Shown here piece after piece: positions 48,640 to 58,208 of a stretch of DNA of 64,000 bases. The notes beneath the pieces were generated by a model that made no database searches, was not told the origin of the DNA, and was given only the letters and a program-made list of their open reading frames with translations. Position 1 is the stretch's first letter. Every line of letters begins with the position of its first letter. The position numbers were made by a program, and so were the translations under genes. This DNA comes from an uncultured Planctomycetota bacterium (lineage in GTDB: Bacteria; Planctomycetota; UBA11346): NCBI GenBank assembly GCA_963818245.1, contig CAWFSD010000003.1:14492-78491 (forward strand), read 5' to 3'.

Positions 48640-50673
48640 ATGAGCGCCTGCACCTACCGCCGCGCCGGCGAGGACGGCGTCTGCCCGCACGACGCGGTCC
48701 CCGGCGCGGCGCTGTGCCTGTGGCACAACCCGGCGGTGCGCAAGACCGACGCCTACGTGAAGGAGCTGCTGCAGCGCGCCGACGCGCGCGGCAAGGGCGA
48801 CCTGCACGGCTTCCAGCTCGCCGGCCTGGTGTGGCCGCAGGCCGGGCTGCCGCTGCGCAACCTGCGCGGCGCCGACCTGCGCGACGCCTTCCTGGACGCG
48901 GCCGACCTGGGCGGCGCCGACCTGGCCGACGCGGTGCTGCGCCGCACCAGCCTGAAGGGCGCCGACCTGCGCAGCGCGCGGCTGGCGGGCACCGACCTGA
49001 GCGGCTGCAACCTGAGCGGCGCCGACCTGCGCGACGCCGACCTGGGCGGCGCGCTGCTCGCCGACACCTGCCTGCTCGGCGCCGACCTGCGCGGCGCGCG
49101 CTTCGCCGGCGCGCGCATCGTCAGCTTCCGCTGGAACCAGCTCACGCGCTTCGCCGGGGTCAGCGGCCTCGATCCGAACGGCGCGCAGGTGGGCGCGGAC
49201 GAGACCCAGGTGTTCCTCGCGCCGCTGCTCGCCTCCGACCCGCACCCCAGCGGAGTGCGCTCCGCGCTCGCCGACGTCGATCCCGCGCTGACCAAGTCGC
49301 GCGTCTTCGCGCCGGGGACGGTGGTCCCCGCGCTGGTCGCGCCCGCGGCGCCGCCGGCCGCGGCGGCCGCGCCCACGCCGGCCGCCGCCCTCGCGCTCGA
49401 AGAGCCGGTCACCGTCGCGATCGCGGCCGGGTCCGGCGCGAAGCCCGCCACACCGTCCGCCGCGCGGCCGGCGCTGAGCGTGCCGACCACCGCGATCGGC
49501 GCGCCGCCGAGCGGGACGCCGGCGGGCACCACCTCGTACCCGCCGTCGCCCAACTCGAGCTCCGCGCTGCGCCCGCTGCCGCGCCCGCGCGGGGCGCGCG
49601 GTCTGCTGGTCGCGACGATCGCCGCCCTGGTGCTCGCCGGGGGCGGCGTGGGCGCCGGCATCTACGGCTGGCAGGTCGCCCAGCAGGCGCGCGCCGTGGC
49701 CGCCGCGGCCAGCGCCGCGCTGCAGGCCAAGCCGGTGCCGCCGGACGCGGCGCGCCTGGCCATGCTCGAGGGCGAGCGCACCGCCAGCGCGCGCCAGCAC
49801 GAGGCCGACCTGGCCGAGCTCAAGCGCCTGCAGGGCAGCGTGCACGAGACCGAGGACCGCGGCGCCAACGCCAGGCAGGAGGCCGCGGTCAGCCGCGCCG
49901 AGGCCGAGCAGCTGCGCGCCAACCTGAAGGCCAGCGAGAACGAGGCGCTGCGCCTGCAGGGCGTCGACGACCGCTGCATGGTGCTCGCCGAGCAGGTGAA
50001 GAAGGCCCAGGCCCTGGCCGCCGATCTCGCCCGGCACGGCGCCAAGGAGAGCCGCGTCGCGGTCATCCTCGCCCAGGGCGTCGACCGCCTGCAGGACGAG
50101 AACAGGACCCTCGCCGAGCAGCGCGACCAGCGCCTGCTCGATTACGGCAACGCCGCCCAGGCCCAGAACGAGGTCAAGCGCCTGCACGGCGAGCTCGAAG
50201 CCGCCATCGCGGAGCGCGAGCGGCTGCAGCAGCAGAACCAGCAGCTCACCGCCAGCCTGACCGGCGCCCGCGCCGACATGGAGCGCTACCTGGCGCGCAT
50301 CACCGCCACCCACCTGCAGGACTACCTCGGCGACAACGCCCATGATCCGCTGCTGCCGCTGACCGCCGGCGCGCCGGTCGCGCTCAGCGGCGACTACCTG
50401 CTGACCCTGCGCGTCGACCGCGGCCAGACCCCCGGCACGGTGCAGGCCCAGGTGGTGGTCCAGCGCCCGCCCGCGGCGACCAACCCCGAGGTCACCATCG
50501 TCCTCTACGACCAGGACGAGCGCCCGCTGCGCCGCATCGCCTACAGCTTCCCGCACGTCGACGGCGGCGCGCCCTTCGTCAGCGGCGTGACCACCATCGC
50601 CTGCGACCGCTTCCCCAGCTTCGCGCGCGTGCTGGTCGCGGCGGGGATGGATGATGTTTCGGCGAAGAAATAG
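48640..50673 (+). CDS. Pentapeptide-repeat membrane protein with a C-terminal coiled coil
   Basis: A(D/N)LxG repeats at ~48850-49120, Pro/Ala linker, TM helix LLVATIAALVLAGGGVGAGIYGW, long heptad region. Confidence 0.88.
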   Translation: MSACTYRRAGEDGVCPHDAVPGAALCLWHNPAVRKTDAYVKELLQRADARGKGDLHGFQLAGLVWPQAGLPLRNLRGADLRDAFLDAADLGGADLADAVLRRTSLKGADLRSARLAGTDLSGCNLSGADLRDADLGGALLADTCLLGADLRGARFAGARIVSFRWNQLTRFAGVSGLDPNGAQVGADETQVFLAPLLASDPHPSGVRSALADVDPALTKSRVFAPGTVVPALVAPAAPPAAAAAPTPAAALALEEPVTVAIAAGSGAKPATPSAARPALSVPTTAIGAPPSGTPAGTTSYPPSPNSSSALRPLPRPRGARGLLVATIAALVLAGGGVGAGIYGWQVAQQARAVAAAASAALQAKPVPPDAARLAMLEGERTASARQHEADLAELKRLQGSVHETEDRGANARQEAAVSRAEAEQLRANLKASENEALRLQGVDDRCMVLAEQVKKAQALAADLARHGAKESRVAVILAQGVDRLQDENRTLAEQRDQRLLDYGNAAQAQNEVKRLHGELEAAIAERERLQQQNQQLTASLTGARADMERYLARITATHLQDYLGDNAHDPLLPLTAGAPVALSGDYLLTLRVDRGQTPGTVQAQVVVQRPPAATNPEVTIVLYDQDERPLRRIAYSFPHVDGGAPFVSGVTTIACDRFPSFARVLVAAGMDDVSAKK

Positions 50674-50680
50674 GCCGAGG

Positions 50681-50850
50681 CCCTAGACCTTAGACCCTAG
50701 ACCCTAGACCCTAGACCCTAGACCCAGATAGACCCTAGACCCTGGTCGCGAGGCGTGACGGCGACGTTGGGAGTCGCACGGGGGCTCGTTTCCGCTCCAT
50801 GGAAGGTGGCGAGTCTCGAGACTCGCCACTCGCCACTCGCCACTCGCAAC
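50681..50850. repeat. Heptamer arrays (AGACCCT)n at 50681-50745 and (ACTCGCC)n at 50819-50850
   Basis: Read directly. Confidence 0.88.
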
Positions 50851-50986
50851 ACGCAGCCCGCATCAGTGTGGCCCAAGACTATTGGCTCGACGTTCCCTTC
50901 GCCGTCACGCCTCGCGGCTCGGGTCTCGGGTCTGCGGTCTCCCCAGCCCCCTTCCCACTTCGTCGTCACCTTCCATACTGCGCCGC

Positions 50987-51958
50987 ATGCGCATGACGAC
51001 CATGGCGTGGAGCGGCTTCCTGGCGGCCTTGCTGGCCCTGGGCGGCTGCGGCGGCACCGCGACGCCGGGCCGCGGGCGCGCCACCGATCCCAACGCGCCG
51101 CCGGCGGACCGCACCAAGGAGCTGGCGGCGGAGCGCGAGCTCGCCGACCTCGAGGCCCAGGTCGCGGAGCAGCGCAAGCTGCCGGCCGCGGAGCGCACCG
51201 CGGCCGAGCAGCGCTTCGGCGGCGCGCTCGAGCGCACCGTGGCGCACGTCGCCGGCACGCACGTCGAGAACAAGGCGCTCTACTGGCTGGCGTCGTGGCG
51301 CTTCACCTATCGCGACGGTGACGGCGTCGATGACCTGCTCGACCGGCTCAACCAGCTCAAGTCGCCGGCCTTCCGCAACGCGGGCAAGGCGCTGCGCGTG
51401 CAGCTGCGCCTGCGCCAGGGGCAGGTGCGCGAGGCGCGCACGATCGCCGAGCCGCTGGTCGCGCAGATCCCCGAGTTCAAGGGCCTGCTCGACCTGGTCG
51501 CCTGGCACGAGACCGTCGGCCAGGCGGCGCCGCACGTCGCCAGCCGCAACCTCAGCGGCGGGCCCGACGACCCGCTCGGCCGCGGCGAACCGTGGCTGCT
51601 GTGGCTGTTCGTCGAGCGCGTCGACGACAACGCCCTGCAGCGCATCGCGCGCTACCAGCAGGCGCTGGCCGCGCTGCCCAACCCGGCGATGATGCGCCTG
51701 GTGGTGGTGGCCTTCGATCCCAGCCCGCTCAACGCCACCGCCACCCTGCTCAACCAGGGCCAGGGCAAGGGCCCGGTCCCCGACCTGATGTGGGCCAACC
51801 CCAACGCCAACGGCACCAGCAAGGCGTGGGAGACCGCCTGGAAGCTGCCGCAGCCGCTGCCGCACAGCGCGCTGCTCGGGCCGGACCGCACCATCATGGC
51901 GGTCGAACTGCCGCCGGAGGAAGTGATGAAGGTCGTGGGCGGGGGCGCGAAGAAGTAG
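50987..51958 (+). CDS. Putative lipoprotein with a helical N-domain and a redoxin-like C-domain
   Basis: Lipobox LALGG^C; C-terminal LPHSALLGPDRTI resembles a thioredoxin-fold end; no CxxC. Confidence 0.7.
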   Translation: MRMTTMAWSGFLAALLALGGCGGTATPGRGRATDPNAPPADRTKELAAERELADLEAQVAEQRKLPAAERTAAEQRFGGALERTVAHVAGTHVENKALYWLASWRFTYRDGDGVDDLLDRLNQLKSPAFRNAGKALRVQLRLRQGQVREARTIAEPLVAQIPEFKGLLDLVAWHETVGQAAPHVASRNLSGGPDDPLGRGEPWLLWLFVERVDDNALQRIARYQQALAALPNPAMMRLVVVAFDPSPLNATATLLNQGQGKGPVPDLMWANPNANGTSKAWETAWKLPQPLPHSALLGPDRTIMAVELPPEEVMKVVGGGAKK

Positions 51959-51959
51959 A

Positions 51960-52049
51960 CGCGAGAGGCGAGGCGCGAGGCGCGAGGCGCGAGGCGCGAG
52001 GCGCGAGGCGCGAGGCGCGAGGCGCGAGGCGCGAGGCGCGAGGCGCGAG
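51960..52049. repeat. Heptamer array (GCGCGAG) x~11; inverted (CCTCGCG)3 at 52412-52435
   Basis: Read directly. Confidence 0.92.
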
Positions 52050-52102
52050 AAAATGGGGGTGAAGCCCGTCGCGCAAGGAAAAGGCGCGGTGATGGTGTGC
52101 AT

Positions 52103-52335
52103 GAGCCCGCGGAGCGGGCGGAAGAAATTAGCCCAGGGCGTCAGCCCTGGGAACAGCGATGTGCGGATCATCGAGCCCGCGGAGCGGGCGACACCATTTC
52201 AGTCTGCAAGGGCATTGCGACATGGGATCACAGCATTGGAAAATGTGTCGCCCGCTCCGCGGGCTTGTACGTTCGTCGATCCGGGCCCCAGGGCTCACGC
52301 CCTGGGCTAATCTCTTCCGCCCGCTCCGCGGGCTC
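52103..52335. mobile_element. Palindromic REP/MITE family A copy 2 (intact)
   Basis: GAGCCCGCGGAGCGGGCG..TAGCCCAGGGCGTCAGCCCTGGG..GAGCCCGCGGAGCGGGCGACA is mirrored by TGTCGCCCGCTCCGCGGGCT..CCCAGGGCTCACGCCCTGGGCTA..CGCCCGCTCCGCGGGCTC. Confidence 0.8.
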
Positions 52336-52443
52336 GCCGCTGCCTGCCCATGCGTGATTTCCGCGTTCGGAGCGGGCATTTCACGGACATGCCGGCAGAG
52401 TCTGCCGGCATCCTCGCGCCTCGCGCCTCGCGCCTGATCGCGC

Positions 52444-53595
52444 TCAGCGCGTCTTGACCAGATACGCATCCGCCAGCACCAGGTGGTCGCCGATGTCGTA
52501 GCGCGCGCCGTAGTCCACGTGCAGTTCGAGCACCTGCACGCCGGTCAGGTCGAGGTCGAGCGGCAGCGGCTTCTCACCGCCCTTGATGCTGTCGTGCTTC
52601 CACACGGTCTTGCCGTCGGCGATCAGGCTGGCGGCGCAGTCGCCCTGGTCGGCGACCAGGTCGGCGATGCCGACGGTGGCGTGCAGGCGCTCGTAGGCGG
52701 CCGCGGTCTTCCAGGTCAGGTAGGCCTGGCTGTGCACGGTCAGGCCGTGGTCGTAGCGCACCCCGCCCAGGCGCAGCGGCGAGCCGTCCAGGTTGCGGTC
52801 CTTCTGCCACGGCCACACCACGCCGAAGGCGCCGGTCTCTTCGACGTGCGCGGGCGCCAGATCGCCGAGCCAGACGCGCCGGCCGCCATCGATGCGCAGC
52901 CGCACCGCGGTGATCGCCGGGCCGATCGCCACGCCGGGCGCGGCGGCCAGGGTGAGCGGCTCGCCGGGCAGCAGGCGCAGCGGCGGGTGCCCGTCGTCGA
53001 GCACCGCGTTCAGGCGCAGGCCGCGCCCGGCCTTGGGCGCGCCGGCCAGGCGCAGGCCGCGCACCTGGTCGAGGGCGAGCTCCTGCGGCTTGGGGTCGAT
53101 GTCGAGGCGCAGGATGAGCTTGCCGCCGACGATGCCCTCGACGCGGCCGGAATAGACGCCGCTCTCGAGCTGCACCTGGTCGGCGTCGGCCTTCTCGCCC
53201 GCGGGCGGCTCGCCGCTGGTGCTCCAGCCGCGCAGCGCGGCCAGCGGCAGGGTCAGGGTGCCGAGCGGCCCGCCGAGTTCGACGGTGTGATCAGCGGCGC
53301 CCGGGCGGATGCGCTCGGCCGGCAGCCAGCTGCCGTCGACCAGCCACACCCCGAAGGCGCGGGTCGCCGCACCCGGCAGGCCGCCGCCGGCGCCCGGTTC
53401 GAGCCAGTCGCAGTCCGCCAGCGCCACCGTGGTGCCGCCGCACGCGACCGTGCCGGCCTTGCCGTCGAGGACCAGCGCCGGGCCGCTCAGCGTCCGCCCG
53501 TCGAGCGTGCCGACGCTCGCCGCCTGCAGCGTCGCCGGCAGCAGCAGGAACGCAGCGAGGACGGTCAGGCGCAGGGCGGGGGTCATGCCGGTCAT
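52444..53595 (-). CDS. Secreted NPCBM/NEW2 domain protein
   Basis: Signal peptide; WQKDRNLDGSPLRLGGVRYDHGLTVHS...LDLTGVQVLELHVDYG..GDHLVLADA. Confidence 0.88.
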   Translation of the reverse strand: MTGMTPALRLTVLAAFLLLPATLQAASVGTLDGRTLSGPALVLDGKAGTVACGGTTVALADCDWLEPGAGGGLPGAATRAFGVWLVDGSWLPAERIRPGAADHTVELGGPLGTLTLPLAALRGWSTSGEPPAGEKADADQVQLESGVYSGRVEGIVGGKLILRLDIDPKPQELALDQVRGLRLAGAPKAGRGLRLNAVLDDGHPPLRLLPGEPLTLAAAPGVAIGPAITAVRLRIDGGRRVWLGDLAPAHVEETGAFGVVWPWQKDRNLDGSPLRLGGVRYDHGLTVHSQAYLTWKTAAAYERLHATVGIADLVADQGDCAASLIADGKTVWKHDSIKGGEKPLPLDLDLTGVQVLELHVDYGARYDIGDHLVLADAYLVKTR

Positions 53596-53670
53596 GCTAC
53601 GGCCGGCGCGAGCCTCGCCAGCGGCGGTCGCGATCGGGATGGTCGATGGATCTCGATCCTCAAGGGATCG

Positions 53671-53840
53671 CCCCTCTCCAGCACCACGAGCCCCTCGTCT
53701 CCGCCCTGGATGTGGTTGAAGTCGGCTGAAATCTGCGAAAATCTCTCCAAATCTGCGGATTCTTCGGCGGGTCTTCGAAGAATCCGCAGATTTGGGGAGA
53801 TTTTCGCAGATGAGAGACGGGAATCGAGGGATGTAGGGTA
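53671..53840. repeat. Palindromic family B copy 3
   Basis: CCCCTCGT..CGCCCTGGATGT..TCGGCTGAAATCTGCGAAA..GCGGATTCTTC..GAAGAATCCGCAGATTTGGGGAGA is shared with the copies at 29239 and 34462. Confidence 0.82.
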
Positions 53841-53978
53841 GGGTTCGGCTCGGGTACCACGGGTTGCCGCGGTGCGCCATTCCACCCCCTAGGGATCGAG
53901 CGCTGGCTCGATCAGGCCTCCGGGGAGCGTGGCGAACCAGGGACCCCCGGGCTCCGCGCTCCACCCGGCCAAACCACT

Positions 53979-54755
53979 TCAGAACAACCGGCCGCGCAAT
54001 TTCTTCAAAGCCGCGCCGGGGTCGGGCGAGGTCATCAGCGCCTCGCCGACCAGCACCGCGTCCACGCCGGCCGCTTCGAGGCGGCGGCAGTCGTCGCGGG
54101 TGTGGATGCCGCTCTCGCTGACCACCACGCGGTCGCCGCCGAGCAGGCCCGGCAGCAGGGCGAAGGTGGTCTCGATGCTCAGCGAGAAGTCCTGCAGGTT
54201 GCGGTTGTTGACGCCGATCAGGTCGGCGCCCGCCGCCAGCGCGCGCAGCGCCTCGTCGGCGTCGTGGACCTCGACCAGCACGTCCAGGCCGAGCTCGCGC
54301 GCGAAGCCGCCGAGGTCGCGCAGCTCGCCGTCCTCGAGGCAGGCGACGATCAGCAGGATGGCGTCCGCGCCGGCCAGGCGCGCCTCGGCGATCTGGCGCT
54401 GGTCGATGATGAAGTCCTTGCGGATCACCGGCAGGGTCACGGCGCGGTGCACCGCGATGAGGTGGTCGAGGTGGCCGAAGAAGTGCTTCTCGTCGGTCAG
54501 CACCGAGCAGCAGTGCGCGCCGCCGAGCAGGTACTGGTAGGCCATCAGCACCGGGTCGTAGTCGGCCTTGAAGACGCCGCGCGAGGGGCTGCCCTTCTTG
54601 CACTCGGCGATGACGTGGATGGTGTCGTCCGCCGGCCGGCGCAGCGCCGCGCGGAAGCCGCGGCACGCCGGCAGCTCGCGCAGCACCCCACGGTCGACCG
54701 CCGGCAGGCGCGGCACCAGCGTGCGGGTGTGGGCGACGATCTCATCGAGGATCAT
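53979..54755 (-). CDS. trpC: Indole-3-glycerol phosphate synthase
   Basis: Motifs IAECKKGSPSRG, SVLTDEKHF, RKDFI, GVNNRNL, SESGI and LVGEALM. Confidence 0.97.
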   Translation of the reverse strand: MILDEIVAHTRTLVPRLPAVDRGVLRELPACRGFRAALRRPADDTIHVIAECKKGSPSRGVFKADYDPVLMAYQYLLGGAHCCSVLTDEKHFFGHLDHLIAVHRAVTLPVIRKDFIIDQRQIAEARLAGADAILLIVACLEDGELRDLGGFARELGLDVLVEVHDADEALRALAAGADLIGVNNRNLQDFSLSIETTFALLPGLLGGDRVVVSESGIHTRDDCRRLEAAGVDAVLVGEALMTSPDPGAALKKLRGRLF

Positions 54756-54799
54756 GGGGGCGCCATGCTGGGCCGCTCCTCACGTGCGCAAGCCCAGGG

Positions 54800-55945
54800 T
54801 CAATTCGATGGTGGGTACAGCGGAATGAGCCGCTGCTGCCGGGCGAACAGGCGGGCCAGGGCGCGCAGGCGCAGGGGGCGCACGCCGGCGCGGCGGTTGG
54901 CGGCGCCGATGGCGAAGAGCAGGCGCTGCTTGGCGAAGATGGTGGCGAAGCCGCGTCGCAGGCCGGTGTCCGGGTCCCAGGCGTGGATGGCCTCGGCACC
55001 CGCGCCGTTGATCTCGATGATGGTGAAGCCGCGGCCGGCGCAGAGCGCGGCCTGGTCGGCGAAGCGCACGTCGAAGCGGCCGCAGTGGAAGCGCGGCAGG
55101 TCGCGGGCGATGGCGTCCACTGCGGCGGTCAGTTCCGGGGTGATCAGCGTGGCGCCGTCGCGGTACAGCCCGCCGACGCGCGTCGAGCCGATGGTCGCCA
55201 GGCGCACCACCTCGCCGGCGGCGGGCACGCGCGCCGCGTCCAGGCGGCTGGCGTGCCGGGGCGAACCGAACAGGCGCGCGGCGCGCGCATCGGCCGCGAT
55301 CAGCGCGCCCACGCTGCGCCGGCCGTCGCCGGTGACGCGCGGGAAGTGGCGCAGGGCCAGGCCGATGATGCGCCCCGGCCCGGCCGGGTGGCGCGCGTAG
55401 AAGATCCCGGCCTCGCCCGCGGCGGGCAGCCACTCCTGCAGCACCACCACCTCGCCGACCGGGAAGGCCGCGACGTAGGCGCGCAGCTCCGCCAGGGAAT
55501 CGATGCGGGCCACGCCGTACCCGCACAGGCCCAGGTCGGGCTTGGCGATGAGCGGGAAGGCCAGCCCGGCGCGCGCCACGGCCTGCTCCAGGTCGCGGTC
55601 GCGCAGGCGGCCGGTGTTGGGCAGGGCCGCGGTGCGCGCGGTCGCGGCGCGCGCCACCGGGCCCATGCCGCGCAGGCACTCCAGCTTGCCCTCGCCCATC
55701 AGGCCGCCGGCGGTCAGCAGCGGGTTCGCCGCCGCCGGCAGCGTCAGGCTGCGGTGCTGCAGGCCCAGCCACAGCCATTGCACGACGAGCGGCACGCAGA
55801 TCAGCCACTTCGGCAGGCGCTCGAGCGCGCCGCAGCGGGGTCCGGCACGGGGGGCCGGGCTCGGGCGCGTGGCGGCCCGCGCGCGCACCGACCCGGAGGT
55901 CCCGCGGTCGACCGCGCCGGGCGCGCCCGCGAGCTGCACCGTCAC
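54800..55945 (-). CDS. ATP-grasp (D-Ala-D-Ala ligase-like) protein of unknown function
   Basis: Motifs AANP..GGLMGEGK, FPLIAKPDLG, EAGIFY, GRFDVRF and IIEING. GTGA overlap with the rhomboid gene. Confidence 0.8.
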   Translation of the reverse strand: MTVQLAGAPGAVDRGTSGSVRARAATRPSPAPRAGPRCGALERLPKWLICVPLVVQWLWLGLQHRSLTLPAAANPLLTAGGLMGEGKLECLRGMGPVARAATARTAALPNTGRLRDRDLEQAVARAGLAFPLIAKPDLGLCGYGVARIDSLAELRAYVAAFPVGEVVVLQEWLPAAGEAGIFYARHPAGPGRIIGLALRHFPRVTGDGRRSVGALIAADARAARLFGSPRHASRLDAARVPAAGEVVRLATIGSTRVGGLYRDGATLITPELTAAVDAIARDLPRFHCGRFDVRFADQAALCAGRGFTIIEINGAGAEAIHAWDPDTGLRRGFATIFAKQRLLFAIGAANRRAGVRPLRLRALARLFARQQRLIPLYPPSN

Positions 55946-56670
55946 TCCCGCAGGCCGGCCGGGGTGCGGCGCAGACCCGAGAAGAGGAAGACCAGCACCA
56001 CGCCGGTGATGAAGCCGCCGATGTGCGCCATGTACGCGACGCCGCCCTGGGCCTGCATGCGCAGGCTCTGGAACTGCTCCAGCACCTGCAGGCCGATCCA
56101 GCCGCCCAGCACGATCCACGCCGGCAGCACCGTCGGCCACCGGCCGACGATGACGCGCACGCCGTTGGTCGGGTACTTCACCAGGTACGCGCCCAGCACG
56201 CCCGCGATCGCGCCGGAGGCGCCGAGGTTGGGGATGATCGAGTCCGGGTCGGCGGCGATCTGCGCGGCGCTCGCGGCCAGGCCGCAGAGCAGGTAGAAGA
56301 TCACGAACTTGACCTTGCCGAGCAGGTCCTCGATCTGGTCGCCGAAGATCCACAGGTAGAGCATGTTGCCCAGGATGTGCATCCAGCCGCCGTGCATGAA
56401 CATCGAGCTCAGCAGGGTCAGCCAGATCGGCGACGGGCCCGGGTACTGGTGGATGCCGTAGGACTTGCCGTCGACCTCGATGGACTGGTCGCCGGTCAGG
56501 TCGGTGTGGTGGGTGATCTCGTAGGGAATGGTCGCGTAGCCGTTGGTGAACGTCTCACCCTGGGCGAGCTGCAGCGCGAACATCGCCGCGTTGGCCGCGA
56601 TCAGCAGGTAGACGACCACCGGCACGGAGTGGCGCGCGGAGTTGTCGTCGCCGAGCGGGAGGAAGCCCAT
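55942..56670 (-). CDS. Rhomboid intramembrane serine protease
   Basis: Motifs SMFMHGGWMHILGNM, GASGAIAG and AYMAHIGGF. Confidence 0.95.
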   Translation of the reverse strand: MGFLPLGDDNSARHSVPVVVYLLIAANAAMFALQLAQGETFTNGYATIPYEITHHTDLTGDQSIEVDGKSYGIHQYPGPSPIWLTLLSSMFMHGGWMHILGNMLYLWIFGDQIEDLLGKVKFVIFYLLCGLAASAAQIAADPDSIIPNLGASGAIAGVLGAYLVKYPTNGVRVIVGRWPTVLPAWIVLGGWIGLQVLEQFQSLRMQAQGGVAYMAHIGGFITGVVLVFLFSGLRRTPAGLRE

Positions 56671-56722
56671 GGTGCGTGTCCGGGGGGTGGGGCGGGGTGG
56701 AACGGGCCGCTGGTCTTAGCGC

Positions 56723-57199
56723 TCAGCGTGCCAGACCGGGGTCCGGGGCGTCCAGTCCGGCCTCGTTCTCGTACTGGCGCAACAGGGCCTCGGCGAGCAG
56801 GGCCTGGCCGGTGGACCACGGTTCGTGCGCGACCAGCCAGGCGAGCAGGCGCGGCGGCTCCTGGGTGCGGTGCAGGGTGGCGCGGCGACCCAGCAGGTCC
56901 CGCCAGTCGGCGAGCAGCGCCGCGCGGCCGTGGGTGCCGGCGCGGATCGCCGCGGCGTGCGCCGGCGTCACCCGGCACGACAGCATCTGCAGCTGCGCGT
57001 CGAGGTCGCGCGCGCTCGGCTGCTCGGCCGCGGGCAGCGCCATGGCCGCGACCGTCGCCTCCACCGCCGGGCGCAACTCGTCGATGAGCGCCGCGTCCGG
57101 CGCCTGCGGTGTGCTGCAGCCCGCGGCCAGCAGCACTGCGGCGAGCAGCGCGGTGGCCAGCGGAGCGGTCGCAAGCTGCGGACGGCGGTGCGACGGCAT
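56723..57199 (-). CDS. Putative lipoprotein
   Basis: Lipobox LAAG^C. Confidence 0.65.
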   Translation of the reverse strand: MPSHRRPQLATAPLATALLAAVLLAAGCSTPQAPDAALIDELRPAVEATVAAMALPAAEQPSARDLDAQLQMLSCRVTPAHAAAIRAGTHGRAALLADWRDLLGRRATLHRTQEPPRLLAWLVAHEPWSTGQALLAEALLRQYENEAGLDAPDPGLAR

Positions 57200-57318
57200 G
57201 GCGGCATGCTCGCCCGGCCGGCCACGGCTCAAGTCCTATCGGCGGGCGCGGCGCGCGTGGGGGCCGGCGGTTTGGGCTTGCGCCCTGCGCCTCGCGGATG
57301 GGATGGCCCGGCCGCGCC

Positions 57319-58131
57319 ATGACCCCGTACCTCTGGCTCATCCGCCTCACCTTCCTCAAGCTGATGGCCTACCGCATGCGGTACGTCACCGGCATCGCCA
57401 CCTACGGGGTCTTCGTCGGCGGCCAGTACGCGCTGTGGCGGGCGGTCTACGCCGCCAAGCACCTCGGCCCGGACGACCGCCTCGACGGGCTGACCCTGGC
57501 CCAGATGACCACCTACCTGGCGGTGGGCTACATCGCGCGCGCCGCCTACTTCACCAACACCGACGGCGAGATCGCCGCGCGCTTCCAGAGCGGCGACGTC
57601 ACCCTCGACCTGCTCAAGCCGCTCGACTTCCACGCCCAGTGGCTGGCCCAGGCCGCCGGCGAGACCGCCTTCCGCGTGCTGTTCTTCGCCCTGCCGATGA
57701 GCCTGGTGCTGGTCCCGCTGTTCGGCGTCCAGGCGCCCAGCGGCGCCGGCTGGTGGCAGTTCCCGCCGCTGTTCCTGCTCGCCTTCCTGATCAACGCCGA
57801 GCTCAACCTGCTCGCCGGCACCGCCAGCTTCTTCCTCGAGGACATCACCGGCCTGATGAGCCTCAAGCGCAACCTGATCATGCTGCTCTCCGGCCTGATG
57901 GTGCCGCTGCACTTCCTGGGCGAGACCCTGGCCGCCGTCACCAGCGTGCTGCCGTTCGCGCTGATCTCCTATTATCCGACGATGGCCTACGTGGGGCGGC
58001 TGGGGACGGAGGGGGTGCCGGGGATCGCGCACGTGGCGATCCTCGGGCTGTCGTGGGCGGTGGGGCTGCGCATCGCGAACGTGCTGCTGTGGCGGCACGC
58101 GCAGAGGAGGTTGGAGGTGCAGGGGGGGTAG
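57319..58131 (+). CDS. ABC-2 type (DUF990-like) transporter permease
   Basis: MAYR, LWRAVY, MTTY, GDVTLDLLKP, LSGLMVPL and LPF; multiple TM helices. Confidence 0.88.
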   Translation: MTPYLWLIRLTFLKLMAYRMRYVTGIATYGVFVGGQYALWRAVYAAKHLGPDDRLDGLTLAQMTTYLAVGYIARAAYFTNTDGEIAARFQSGDVTLDLLKPLDFHAQWLAQAAGETAFRVLFFALPMSLVLVPLFGVQAPSGAGWWQFPPLFLLAFLINAELNLLAGTASFFLEDITGLMSLKRNLIMLLSGLMVPLHFLGETLAAVTSVLPFALISYYPTMAYVGRLGTEGVPGIAHVAILGLSWAVGLRIANVLLWRHAQRRLEVQGG

Positions 58132-58208
58132 GGCGGAGGCGCGAGTGCGATGCGATGCGGCGAAGGATTTCCGCTCAACGCAACGCGCGCTTCCCGCACC
58201 TCGCTTCG

